DNA of 64,000 nucleotides from Plasmodiophora brassicae (Eukaryota): NCBI GenBank assembly GCA_036867785.1, contig CP145412.1, positions 1,426,001 to 1,490,000 of the forward strand, read 5' to 3'. Shown piece by piece: positions 11,901 to 28,590 of this stretch (position 1 is its first letter; each line of letters starts with the position of its first letter). The notes under the pieces were generated by a model. It saw only the letters and a program-made list of their open reading frames with translations, ran no database searches and was not told where the DNA came from. The position numbers and the translations under genes were made by a program.

Positions 11901-14434
11901 TCAAAACATGGGGCAATTGATTGCTGGTATGGAAATCGATCGCACGCAGCCGTTTGGCCTACGTTTCAGTCGTGACTCGTTTCCACTCGAGTGAGCAATG
12001 TTGCCCATCAAGCGAGTTGAAGTCTCACAATCAGGTTTACTCACGAAACTGCTTCTTCTCGTTCGTGATGCGAAGCTTGTCGTTGAGCTGGACGCAGTCT
12101 TTGCCCTAGGAGAAACGGCAACCCGCTTAGCATGCCGGTGAGACCGTGGTAAGAGGCAACACTGTTGACGCGAAACCTTGTATAAGGATGTCCTCGCCCA
12201 ATCTCGCTGCCCGCAACGTGTACAATTGGTATCAGGTTCCAGTTTCCCAAGCACGCTGATGGACGCATGTTAGCAGCAGAAATGCAATAAACATGCAAGC
12301 GTGACGAAACTCTTGACGCGAGTGGCAGATACGGCACTTAAAGAATCGCTTCTTCGCAATCGCCTCAAGAGGCTTGTGACCCTGGCTTCGGCAGTACTCT
12401 GACTGCTTCTGCAGCGTCGTGTGGCACTGCATACATATGAACGTTTTCACATCCTGGCTTCTGATTGTTTGCATTTTCTCTGCCAGCTGCTCCTTCTGCT
12501 CCATGAAATCCATCCGGCTCTCCAAACGATCATGGTCCTCCTGAACGCAGCGTTAGCAGTCGGACAGGAGCTTCTAGCCAGAGCGCCCACCTTTTCAACG
12601 AGGTGCTGATTGGTCGATTTCTGGGCCAATATGGCTTGCCCTTCAGCTGAATCCATTGTCAGGTTGCCAAAGAGTTTCCGCGCTGCAGAAAAGGCGAGTC
12701 AGACACCGATCTGTCGTCACGTGAGACGGGCCTACAGGCAGGTGGAGTGCTGATAAACCGTTGCCTCAGTTGGTCAGACGAGCGACGGGACACGTCACCC
12801 TTCATGGCATCCAGTTCTGTTGCTGTTGAGGACACGTCTCAGCACATCTATGCACCACAGGATCTTCAAGACGACCCGGTCACCTAGTGCAGCGCTGTTC
12901 GGATCTCTCTTCGCAACTGGTCGTCCGCCCAATGCAACAATAGCCCTTTTCATGCTCGTGGTTACATCCAGGTCAATATCATCGTCATCGCCGTCCATTC
13001 CGCGCCCTTCAAACCAGGTGAGAATACAGCCGCTGCTATCCGGCAGATGAAACCCCAAGCAGCATCACCTAAAACGGGACGATTTGATGCGGAAGTAGCA
13101 ATCTGCTTTTCCAAGTAAAGCGGCCGCCCCGTGCTGGCATTGACAATTGGTTTCCGTGCAGAATTGCTTCGCTCTGCAACGTGGATGATCAGCCAGCGAT
13201 TATTTGACGCGCCAACACGCCATAATACGCATGCAGACCAGCCCGTTTTCCTTGGCGTCTGCTACAGAGACAGAAGGCGTATCGGGTTGCTTCCTCTTGA
13301 CCCTGGCCTCTCTCTGGAACCGCCTGAGTCTACAACGCAGACAGCGTTGCAAGTGCTTACAGTGCAAACTGGGACATATCTCCCGCCAACGGACACGCCT
13401 GCCATCTTGGAGCGGATCGCGGGATGGTTGCTTCTGAAATCGTTCCGAGCGCCGCCATGCTGCAAATCCATCCGCGCGTTGGACATCTTCTTATCTGTGG
13501 ACTGATTGAGACAGGTGACGCAACAGACGAGGGGATTGAACCTCACAGGCGGCTTTCACATGGAACACGCAGTAGTCGCCCTTGCTGCGATCGATCGGCA
13601 TCGTGCACTGGTTGCCATCTTTCCGCCTGCCTTTGCAGGTCCCGAAATCCATGGCCTGCCCGATAAGAAGGACCTGGTCCATCTCGGTAATGCTGATGGC
13701 CGGTGATGCCGATCCACGATCGCTGCCCCGATCAGGGAGCACTTCCGGATTCGCGACACAAACCACACAGCCTTCGGTCGCCGACAACCATAAACTAGAA
13801 GGGAACGCCGTCAACGCTCCCGTTCATCGTATCGAAACAGCATCGTACTCGTTGGCAGCCTTGTCGAACAAGAGCAACTTCATCGTGTTTTCCTTCAGAT
13901 CTGCAGTCGGTGATCAGAAACGGGTTGCCATGGAGAACGTGGTCGACGACGGACCGGTGAGGTTCCAGACGAGGAACTTCTTCCCGTTCGCCTGCACGCG
14001 GGCGTTCATATCAACGATACATTGCATGCTGACCTGGCCGAACGCACCGTTGTCTTCGCGTTTCGGGACACGATGACCCCGAACAGCGCCCAATTCTGAT
14101 CATTCGGGGCCGTTGCCTGGCGCCGGACATGCGCGAACGGCACGATCGTCATCGGTCGAACCTTCATCTCAACGATATCGCTCGACGTATAGCGATTCAC
14201 GATCCGCCACCGCGTCACCGGGTCAACGTGGATATCCTGTTTGGCCCCGGTCGCTTTCGCGAACGCGGGTGTGGAGGCAGGCTTCACAGGTGGCGCCTGC
14301 GCCACCTCCGACTTCGCGGCAGGGCGCGACTCGACTGCAGGAGCCGATGATACCGCATCCCTGGTGTCCTCCACGTTCTCGTCGTCATCGCTGCCCAGCA
14401 GAGCCAGCATGATGTCGACATTGCTGGCCGACAT
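11901..14434 (-). CDS. MCM10: DNA replication factor Mcm10, multi-exon
   Basis: OB-fold NWALFGVIV; zinc finger IGQAMDFGTCKGRRKDGNQCTMPID..YCVFHV; C-terminal CMQC..C..GH..KKRFFKC..C. Confidence 0.9.
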
Positions 14435-14892
14435 TGGCGCGACGACGGCCCCCTGCGACAGGACGCAACTCCGCCGCCGCCACCACCACGACACCCCCGA
14501 TGCTGTTGCCAACCCACACCCACCCGTTCCGCCGCGTCCATTGTCATCCAACGGGCAGCGACCTGTAAACCAGGTGGACCGCCCCGTGCATGCGTTTCTA
14601 AGCATTGCCCCGGCTGGTGTATCTGGGCCGTGTATCGGCTTAATGCTCTGGACCGTGTTGCCGCAGTGAACAGCATCCCGTCGGCGTAGCCTTGGCACGC
14701 CTAACCATGCCAGTGTAATCACGTTCGCCAGACTGAGCAGCAACTTGCCTGCCATGCCGGCGGCACGGCACTATGTAGGGAGCGGCGCCACCGGTCAACC
14801 AAACGATGCGGAGCGAAGCCCAGTTTGCGCCACAGGCCCACAGCGTCGCTGCGAAATTAGTGGCGCCGCGCAGCACAAGACGTCGATCGGAA

Positions 14893-16033
14893 ATGGTTCG
14901 TTTCGGTTTCGCGTACCTGTCCGCCCTTGTGGCGCGTGTGTTCCTAAGCGATCGCAATGCCGCTCTCATATTCCAGGCCAATGACGGAACGGGCATTGCT
15001 GTACGCGTGTCGAGCGCCGCGGCGTTCTCTCCGGTGATTGGGGACCTGGTTGCTGCCGTTGGGAGGATCGGCACCGTTCCCCTGCCGATCGACAATGCCG
15101 AGCTACAACTGGTTGCCAGGTTCATCAATGATGCTCCCGAAAACGATGTATGGTCACGGCGCCTATGCAACCAACCCCACAGACCACAGGCTGAGTGTCG
15201 TTGAACAGGTCCCCCATCTCACTGAATGGGCCAGGGATAATCTCGGGTCGATGTCGGTGTGTCAGATGCTGCCGGCTGTCAATCACCTGGAGATGCGGTC
15301 GCTGGCCACGGCAGTCATGTCGACGTGTCGTACCTGGGGCGACATCTCAGCGATGCGCAGTCGGGTCGGTAACGACGCGCTATGGTTTGCTGTTGATAAC
15401 GCTCCCGCCGTCGTCCGACTCCGTCAGACCGCCGAAACCGACGTCCAGAAGGCGATCGTGAAGCAGCTTCCTGATCTCGTCGTCTCAGGTGGCAACGTGA
15501 CCTTCATCAACGAGGCGAACTGGGACGACTGGGGGAACCTGCTGCACTGGGCGACACGGGAACAAGACGTGTTGCTCGTGGAGATGCTGCTGCATATTCG
15601 CGGGCTCGATGTTAACGCGCGCGATTTCGGCATGAAGGCAACGCCGCTGCATCGAGCAGCGCATTTGAACGACGACGTCTTCATCAGGTTGCTGCTGGCT
15701 GCACCCGGGATCGACGTCAATGCTCCTGACGTGGACTGTTTCACACCACTGCACTGGGCCGTGATCGCTGAAAACGCCAGCATCATCCGGCTGCTGCTGA
15801 AGGCACCCGGCATCAACGTCAACGCGGGCGACGACTCCGGGGAGACCCCGCTGCACAAAGCCGTGCAAGAAGGCAACTTCGCCATCGTCAAAGTACTTCT
15901 GCTGGAGGCACCCGGCATCAATGTCGATGCGGTCGACGCTCTCAACCAAACTGCAGTGGACATGGCCAGATCCGAACCTCGCTACCAGGATATCGTAGCC
16001 CTGGTGCAGGCGTGCACCGGCGCGCTACGATAA
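14893..16033 (+). CDS. Putative secreted Skp1/BTB-like plus ankyrin-repeat protein (intron 15148-15208)
   Basis: Hydrophobic N-terminus; LIFQANDG..SPVIGDLV..VPLPIDNAELQLV and LPAVNHLEMRSL resemble Skp1; 4-5 ankyrin repeats (TPLH..A, GIDVNA). Confidence 0.8.
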
Positions 16034-16517
16034 ACTCACCGTTGGCTGCGCCCTGCACTCACAGCCGTCGGGCGTCTTCACTGTCTACAAAATGACCTGT
16101 CGTCACGGGCCCCGGGAACCGATTCTGCAAGCGCCACTCGCGTCGCCGCCACCCGTGTCTGACGTGTCGAACGCTGTGCGTCTGCCTGTAGAGTGTTCGA
16201 CAGTGGGGTTCCGAAAATAGCGCTGCGACGAGACGCTGGCCTCGTGCGCACGCGGCGTTGATCCGTCGAGGGGAGCTACTCGGTCGTCCGTCATTTGCGT
16301 TTTTCGTGGATCGGGCAGCGGTTGCCTGCGTTGGCGCGTCTCATGCCCGGCACAGGCACTGGCGGGTCGCTGTTGAATCATCGCACCTGGGTCCTGTGGT
16401 GACACACTCTGCTCCTGGCCGGTGGTGACTCCCACTGGGTGGCACTACCCACCGACTGCGTGATCTAATCTGACTGCCCAACCCACACTTTGTTGTTAAC
16501 TCGAACTATCAAATCCT

Positions 16518-16552
16518 CCACCACCACCACCACCACCACCACCACCACCACC
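16518..16552. repeat. (CCA)n microsatellite
   Basis: About 11 CCA units just upstream of the G-alpha ORF. Confidence 0.9.
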
Positions 16553-16575
16553 GACATCCCGAATCCATCACGCTG

Positions 16576-17772
16576 ATGACTGCTCTGTTCAAATCCTTCA
16601 TCTCGACGTCGTCGCGAAAATCAACCTCAGCGGCACCGACGAAGAGGTTGTCGGCGGCGACGCGTGCGACCACACCGTCCGTCGTCGTTCGTCGCCTGCC
16701 GCCCACATCGCCGACGACACCCGTCAGCGGGCGCGTTGTCGTCCTGGGATGCGGCGGCAGCGGCAAGACGACGCTGTTTCGTCAGATGTCGGCACAGTCG
16801 TGGACGTCGCTGGACCTGCAATCCATGACGACCGTCATCCATGGCATTATCGCCATCGCCATTAAGACGCTGGTCAGCGGTGCCGCACGTCTACACGCGC
16901 AGCGCCCTGACCTCGGCACCGGGATCATGTCGGGAACGCCCGTCGCCCGCTCCGCCAACTACGTCATGACCCAGTTACGGGACGACGACGTGCTCGGCTC
17001 TCGTGCCGCTCGCCACATCGCCCGTCTCTGGGCGGACCCGGCCATCCGACGAACGTTCGACCTTCGCGTGCGGTTTGGGATCAATGTCCCCGACTCGACC
17101 CCGTACTTCCTGTCCCGGATCGGGGCGATCGCCGACCCGTCGTACGTGCCGAGCAGCCAGGATTGCCTGTACGGCGTCGTCCGATCCACCGGCATCCAAG
17201 AGTCGACGATGCCGACGTCGTTCGGGTCCGTCGTCCAGATCATCGATGTCGGCGGGCGTCGCCACGAACGCCGCAAATGGTCCAAGGTCATGCACGACGT
17301 TCTCGCCGTCGTGTACGTCGTCTCCATCGGCGACTTTGACGCCGTCTGCGAGGAGGATGGCGTGACGAACCGCCTAATGGAATCGCTGGCCGTGTTCGAG
17401 CACATTGCGCGCACGCAGCCGGTCCCGATCGTTCTGGTGCTGACCAAGACGGATCAGCTGCAGGCGGCGCTGAACCGTACGCGGGTCACCGACCTGTTCC
17501 CGTCGTACCACGGCGACCCGCGCGACGTGAACCGCGCCGTCGCCTTCTTCAAGGCGCTGTTCCTGTCCAAGATCACGAGGCCGGGCCCCATCTGCCAGCA
17601 TTGCACCGTCCTGCAATGCAACGCGACGGACCGGCAGTCGACGGCCGCGTCGGTCAGGACCATCCGCGATATCGTCGACAGGCAGGTGGCGATCCGGAAC
17701 GAGAACGCAGCGCTGTCCCGGTCGTCGTCGTCGTCGTCGCGAGCGTGGCGCCCCAGCAGCCGAGGCGCCTAA
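16576..17772 (+). CDS. Atypical heterotrimeric G-protein alpha subunit, intronless
   Basis: GCGGSGKTT, LWADPAI, YVPSSQD, STGI, DVGG..ERRKW, NRLMESL..F, LTKTD, CNATD. Confidence 0.9.
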   Translation: MTALFKSFISTSSRKSTSAAPTKRLSAATRATTPSVVVRRLPPTSPTTPVSGRVVVLGCGGSGKTTLFRQMSAQSWTSLDLQSMTTVIHGIIAIAIKTLVSGAARLHAQRPDLGTGIMSGTPVARSANYVMTQLRDDDVLGSRAARHIARLWADPAIRRTFDLRVRFGINVPDSTPYFLSRIGAIADPSYVPSSQDCLYGVVRSTGIQESTMPTSFGSVVQIIDVGGRRHERRKWSKVMHDVLAVVYVVSIGDFDAVCEEDGVTNRLMESLAVFEHIARTQPVPIVLVLTKTDQLQAALNRTRVTDLFPSYHGDPRDVNRAVAFFKALFLSKITRPGPICQHCTVLQCNATDRQSTAASVRTIRDIVDRQVAIRNENAALSRSSSSSSRAWRPSSRGA

Positions 17773-17897
17773 GTCATCAGCCAATATATTATATACCGTT
17801 GAGCAGATCAGTCGTATGGATGTACCGGCGGGACCCCCTTCAATGACCCTCAGTCGATGCCTGTCGCCGCCGCCTGTAGGTCGGACGGCGCGCCACG

Positions 17898-20834
17898 ATG
17901 ACGCCATGGATCGCCAGGAATAGCACGCTGGACGCGCTCCATGCCCGATCGGAATTCCTCGGCGATCGATCCCGGCAGGGGCTGCCACTGTACAGAGAAG
18001 CCCCAGGGTGGTGGGAACCGTCGTCGTCACGTTTCTCATTGTGTGCCCCGTCGACAGGTTCCTGTCCCGGTTCCGTCGACGACCGGTGCGGGCCGGCGAG
18101 GTCCTCATTCACCAGGGCCGCCTCGAGCGGACGTTCTTCGTGATGGAGTCGGGGCAGGCCGACGTCGTTGTCGAGCAGCCCGATGGGCGACGCGTGCAGA
18201 AACGCACAATCCGCCCGCTGGACCCGGTAATCATCGGGCACCAGACGGAGCATGATGCGCTGTGTCACCCGGTCTGACTGCTGAGTGCGCGCGCGCGCGC
18301 ACGCCCGCAGTTTGGCGAACTTTCGACCGTGTACGCGCAGCCGCGAGCTGCGTCGGTGATCGCCACCCAGGACAGCGTCGTCTGGGAGGTCGACGAGGAC
18401 GCGCTGCGCGACTTCCTCGACAGCAACCCGTCCCTGCTGGCCACGTTCGAGCACCGGCGACGTGTCCGGTAGTGTGGCACTCGAGAGGAGCCGTTGCGAT
18501 GCGGGTGCCCTGATCCAGACCGTGCAGGAAGGCGCTCTCGGGCGTGACCTGGTTCCTGCCCGACATCCACGACGAGATGGCCGTTAAGCAGCTCCTGGAC
18601 GCGTTCCGATCGGAGACGTACTCTGCTGGGCAGGACATTGTCCGACAAGGCGACTCGGCGGTGAACGGCCGGTTCTACGTCATCCTCGACGGGCAGTGCG
18701 ACGTCCTGGTCGCCAGAAACGGCTCGCCGCCCGTCGGCGTCGCCCGGCTCGCGTCTGGCGACTCGTTCGGCGAGCTCGCCCTGATGCGAAAGGAATGCTG
18801 CCGCAATGCCACCGTCCGGGCCTGCTCCGCCGACGTTGTCGTCTTATCCATCGACCGCCAGCAATTCCAACGGCTCGCCCGCAAGGCCTGGTAATGTTTC
18901 CCCCCGAATGATTCCGTTCCCTTTCGGCGGGAGTGACTGTCGTCTAGTCATCGCCTGTGGAAGAGCTTCCTCGATCACGCCAGCGTCGAGGTCGACCATG
19001 AGAAGTTCTTGACGATTCAGGTGCGGCCTGGCTGGGTGGCCCCAGGCTCTGGTGCTGTTGGTGCTGACGGGTTGACAGGACCTGGAGAAGGCGCTGATGA
19101 AGGACGAGTCGTTGACGGTGTCGGCGTCGGCTAAGGTTGCTGCCGAGCTCGTGTTCGACGCCGCGAACAGGCGCGCCCAGCAGCTGATGCCCTGGGTGGA
19201 GTTCGTCATGCTCGTCGCACTGCTGCGTCGAGAGAACGCCCATCTCCAACTCGCGTTCATGTTCACCGGTGGGGCGACGTCGCATCCAATCCCCGCGGTA
19301 CATCACCTTTTAATCGGAACCGGCAGATCGCGACCACGACGGTCGGATCACGAGGCACGAGCTGGAGGAGGCGCTGCAGAAGTTGACAACGGTTACCAGA
19401 CGGCTACCGTACTCGTCGACGGAGCACGCCGACGCGGCCTACGAGCAGACGGCGTCGCTCCTCGACGATGTGTTTCAGCAGCGGCGGTCGCTGACGTTCG
19501 AAGAGTTCGCCGCCCTGTTGCAGAGCGACCCGAGAATGGCACACGTTGCGAAACGTAAGCGCCCGCGGTTATCGGCCGACACGCCCCTGAGCGGAACGCT
19601 GTCGTCAGTCTGGAAAGCGGCCGTGTCCGAGGTTCGCCAAGCGCCCGAGAGCTGGTTCGTGTCGGCGATTGAGGTCGGGTTCGAGTCTGAGTTCCCTGGC
19701 GCGCTGGCGCCCGCTGGATACGACAAGGCCCGCCGGCCGTGGCTCTACCTGCTCAGCGGCGCCATTGCCGGCGCTGTCAGCAGAACGCTGGTCAGCCCGC
19801 TCATCCGCCTGAAGGTTGCCCAGGCGGCACCGCTCGTGATGCAACCCAGCCTAAGTTGTTCCCGCAGATCATGATGCAGACGGGGACCGACCCGCCGAAA
19901 GGGGTCGTGTCCGGCCTTCGATGTGCGTTCAAAGGCAGATGCCGTTGATCACCGGGGCACGGGGCACTGACGTTCTGCACGCGCATAGTGATGTATGCTC
20001 GGGACGGGTTCCGAGGGTTATTCCAAGGCAATGGCACGAACGTGGTCAGGATAGCGCCGACGACTGCCCTGCAATTCTTCTTCTTCGAGACGATCAAGGA
20101 CTCCGTCAAACGATATGGGGACGGGCGCGACATGACGACCTGCGAACGACTGATCGGCGGCGGTTGCGCTGGTCGGTGCGGTCAGCACCCGGGTTGCAGG
20201 GCTCATCTGACATGGCCGGTTCGCCAGGAATGGCCGCCTCTGCCATAACGTACCCGCTGGACTTCATTCGAGCGCGACTGACAGTCCAGACGGCCGGCAA
20301 CAGGCAGTATAACGGCATCGTCCATGGCGTTCGTCAGGTGATCCAGACCGAAGGTACCTGTCGCTGGGTGCGTTTCGTTCATGCCGGCAGCGGTCAACTC
20401 CTCCAACAGGCGCACCCGCCCTGTTCCGAGGCCTCTGGCCAACGCTAGTCGGCGTGTTCCCGTACATTGGCATTGATTTCGCTGTGTATGAGACGCTGAA
20501 ACCGTTGATGCCGCGCAAGACATCGCCGGACGGCGTCGACGGCGGAACGACTGCCTTGGGGTTGCTGTTCGCTGGCGGGGTCGCTGGGCTGATCTCGCAG
20601 ACGGTGGCGTTCCCGCTGGAGCTGATCCGTCGACGACTGCAAGTGCAGGGGTTCACCGAGTGTGCCTACGGGTACAACGGCGGCATCTGGGACGCGGTGA
20701 AGAAGACGGTGGCGAAGGATGGCCCGCTGGGCCTCTACCGGGGCATGAGCGCCAACGTCCTCAAGGCCGTCCCGTCCATCTCCGTCAGCTTCCTCGTCTA
20801 CGAGAACTGTAAATCCCGATTCGGCATCGTATGA
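17898..20834 (+). CDS. cNMP-binding x2, EF-hand and mitochondrial carrier (SLC25) fusion protein, multi-exon; start uncertain
   Basis: Two cNMP domains (FGELS..PRAASV; FGELAL..RNATVRA), EF-hand DRDHDGRITRHE, and three carrier repeats (PLIRLK, PLDFIRARL, PLELIRRRLQ). In-frame GT-AG introns link the modules. Confidence 0.75.
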
Positions 20835-20998
20835 TACACCATACAAACGTTAGTCCTTATCCAGAGCACGTTGTCGGTGGGGCACGAACAGCCCGGGAAG
20901 GTGCGGGCGGTCGACGTGGCTCCGGCTGCCTATTTGTAGGTGCCGCGGGGGCGTGCTGCTGGTTAGGTGATTGGTGCCCCGCCGCGTCAGCTTGCCGC

Positions 20999-25111
<4,113 letters not shown>

Positions 25112-25137
25112 ATAACGCCAGAGCCCGGTTAGACGGT

Positions 25138-26574
25138 TTATTTTCTGTCAGGCAGGCCGAGCAAGCTGAGGCCACCGGGCAGCCTGTCTGCTGCCATGCT
25201 TCCTTCATGGCGCTCCGGGTCGTCCCCGGCGAACGCGAGTATGTGATACCGGGGGTTCCAGGCGATCGAGTTCATCGCCGCCGAGCAGGGAATAGTGTAT
25301 GCGTGCTCGCCTACACATCGTCACCAGATTCAGCGAACGGTGACCCGGGGGCCCCTGGTCGGCAACGTACCCGTATCGACGCGGCAGATGTCAATGCGGT
25401 GGTCTTCGCTGCCGGACGCCAGGTACATGGAATCATGCGAAAAGCTCAGGGTTCGGACAGGGAGTTCCAGATTGTGATGAGCCCGGAGGCAGACGAGGTC
25501 TTCCGTGTCCCACAGGCACACGACGGCGTCGGCGCCACCAGTCGCGAGGTACCTGTAGCAGGGCGAGAACGAAACGCAATAGCATTGGCCAGTGTGCGCT
25601 TCGAACGCGTGAACCAGATCGAGTTTGACCGCTGGTGGGTCACCGCTCGCGACGACAGTATGGATCTACGCCAGCATTAGTGACCCAGGGCGAACCAACC
25701 CAGACGGACACACGACCCGGACCTCGACAACGCCCTTTCCCTTGCCGGTGGAGAACAGCAGCGCCGACGAATCCCTGCTCCATGCCAGCTCGTTAACCTC
25801 GTTGTCGGACGGGAACTCGCCAATGATCTGCTTGAGGCCGAAATCGATGATCGACACGGTATCGTTCTTATCGCCAACGGCAATCTAGGTAGACGGAAAC
25901 GAGTGTCCAGTAACCCGTAGCGTGCCGCGTCCCAGCGGCCCACCTACGTAATTGCCATCCGGGCTCCACGAGATGTTGATGTTGGCGCCTTTCGTCTCGA
26001 CCCTCTTGATGATCTTCCCGGCCTTGATATCCCAGATGCGAACGGTCTTATCCGTCGACGCCGTCGCCAGCAGATCTGTCAGAACAATTCCACATAAGGG
26101 TCGGTATCGTGAGGCGATAGCATGCGAACGGACGCTCGCTGATCGGCGACCAGCACAGCTGGTTCACTGTCGCTTCGTGCCCCTTCAGCTCGATCGCCTT
26201 CGACTGAACAATATCAGTCAGGACGTCATCTGCCAGTCGTGTGTGATGGGGAGACGGAATGCGAACCTGAAATCCGGTCGTATCGAGCGTCCAGATGCGG
26301 GCGGAATGATCCACCGACCCCGATGCCAGCTGTGCACCAGTACAGTTCCATGCGACCGAATGCACCGACTTCTTGTGCCCATAGAAATCCTTCCGCGGCA
26401 TCGCTAGGCAGGCATGGCTCATCAGAGACCCTGTCGACGGTACGCGTGTCCACCAGCGCACACCATACAGGAGAAATCCAGAGCGCCGTCGGGCGACTTC
26501 CTCGACGTGACCGCCGGCGCCGACATGGAGAACGGAGGCGCCTCCGGATCCAGCGCGCTGTCGTGGGCCACCAT
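25138..26574 (-). CDS. THOC3: THO complex subunit 3 (TEX1), WD40, multi-exon
   Basis: GHKKSVHSVAWNCTGAQLASGSVD, IELKGH, EVNELAW, PVRTLSFSHDSMYLASGSED. Confidence 0.88.
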
Positions 26575-26798
26575 GGCGACCGCCTCCAAACCTGCGCGAC
26601 TGTGAGCTGCCACGCCCACGGAGTTCGTCGAGCGACAGCCCGACGAGGCGCGTCGTCGCATTGCAGCTCTCGCGTTCCCTAAGACGCCCACCCTGTGAAT
26701 ACGCGCGCCCTTCTGCTGGGACGACCGCACACGGCAGGCCATTATTGTACAAGCGCATAAAGCGCCTGAGAACGTTGTGGATGATGGGGCGGGATTGA

Positions 26799-27152
26799 TT
26801 AGGTCGCTGGTGGGCCGACGCGCTGCGCCTTGCCCAACACTTTCGTCGCAGCCTGTGCGTTGACGTTCGTGATCTTGGCAATGGCGGCGCGTGTCTCTAG
26901 GATCGACTCCTTCACGACCGCGTCCGTCTCGTCCTTCGCGGAGGCGTCCGCGTCGACCGGCAGCACGTCGTCGCCGGCCGCCACCAGCTGCCTCGACAGG
27001 TCGTCCAGCAACGACGTCAGCCTGGCGCGGTCCGCTCGCGCCGCCCGCACCGGGTACGCGATCTCGAACGACGCGGCCGTCCTGGCGAACGCCTCCTCCA
27101 GGTCCGTCTCCAGCGCCCTGACCAGACGCATGTAATCCGCCTCCGCGGACAT
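26799..27152 (-). CDS. Small coiled-coil hypothetical protein
   Basis: Helical 117-aa ORF with GC3-rich codons; no family recognised. Confidence 0.5.
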   Translation of the reverse strand: MSAEADYMRLVRALETDLEEAFARTAASFEIAYPVRAARADRARLTSLLDDLSRQLVAAGDDVLPVDADASAKDETDAVVKESILETRAAIAKITNVNAQAATKVLGKAQRVGPPAT

Positions 27153-27699
27153 CAATTACGGATTCTGGTCCACAACCATCGTTGACGAATTACGCCCCGT
27201 GATCGGCATGATGACGGTCTCTGGAAACACGTTTGCTATGACGATCTCCGGTCCGGTCGAGGCGGCACGGACGGCAGGACAGACAGGCTACCTAGGCAGG
27301 CACCGGCGGCGGACGTGCGGCGCGCTACGAGTAGGGTCCCATTGGCGACCGGCACCCCGGCGTTGCGTACGTCAGGGGCGGGCGGGCCGTCGGCGCAGGT
27401 CACTATGAAATGACGCGTTCCTTATTAGAGTCTCGCAACGGGCTTTCATGCTCTGTGCCGCTTGCGTGCTATCCGGACGCCAAACCGACACGAATCGATC
27501 TTGGCCGCCGTGCAGCCTACCCGTGCACGTCGCCGGTCACCTGTGGGTTCGACATCGCCATTCAAACCGCTTGACGCCAATCAAATCGAATCGCACCGTC
27601 TCGACGTTCGCCTCACCAGGGTGCAATGCGGGGGCAGCTGGCCTGAATCGGTTTCCATCACAGCCACCTTCATTCCCGTAAGCATACTTTATATGGAAA

Positions 27700-28572
27700 C
27701 ATGCCTACGGAATGAAGGTGGCTGTGATGTCTCGTGCGGGCAGCAACGTCGGGCGGCTCAAACAACTGTGCGACCCAGGAGCATATATTGTAGAGGCCCG
27801 AACGATGGCGAACTGTGCTTGAGCAGGACAGGGTGCAACACTAGGGGCGAGAGACTACCCGAACTATCTACATAGTAGCTGGTTCCCTCCGAAGATTCCC
27901 TCAGGATAGCTGGAGTTGACAGACGTGTTGTACCAGGTAATGCTGATGATCAGGGTCCTTTAGGGGCAATATGCTGACCTGAACCTACGTAAGTGGGTAT
28001 GAAAGGGGGCGTTGCTTCGGTGAACCTCGATGGCAACCGCGAATTCTTAGTGGGCCAGTTTTGGTGTGTAAGCAGAACTGACGATGGGGGATGAACCGGA
28101 CGTCCGGTTAAGCTGCTAAAGTGCTCGCTCATGTAGATCCCATGAAAGGCGTTGGTTCATCATCCAGACAGCAGGACGGTGGCCACGGATGTCGGAATCC
28201 GCTAAGGAGTGTGTAACGACTCACCTGCCGAATGGATTAGCCCTGAAGATGGTGCTCCAGCAGGCCTCCGATACCGGGCCATTTCTTCGAGTGCCTATGC
28301 AGAAATGGGTAGGAGGGCGCGGAGGTCTTTGGCAACGAATAATCTCTTGGCATGAGCCTGAATGAAGCGTCATATAGAGCGTGGATCTTGGTGGTAGTAG
28401 TAAATGTTCAAGAAAAGACTTTGAAGACTGAAGTGGGGAAACGTTCCGGGTGACGAGCATTTGGACACGGGTTCGTCGACCGACCCTGCCTGGGAGCTCT
28501 CAACGACACTGAACAGGCCGACTTTGCTGCTCGGCAACGCTCGAAAGGGAATCAGGTTCATATTCCTGAACA
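27700..28572 (+). pseudogene. Degenerate, isolated 28S (LSU) rRNA fragment
   Basis: Conserved LSU segments: tagtagctggttccctccgaag..ccctcaggatagctgg, tccgctaaggagtgtgtaac.actcacctgccgaatg, gatcttggtggtagtag and cgaaagggaatcaggtt. Deletions and substitutions are present, and no 18S or 5.8S is nearby. Confidence 0.9.
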
Positions 28573-28590
28573 GATACAACAATAACGGGG

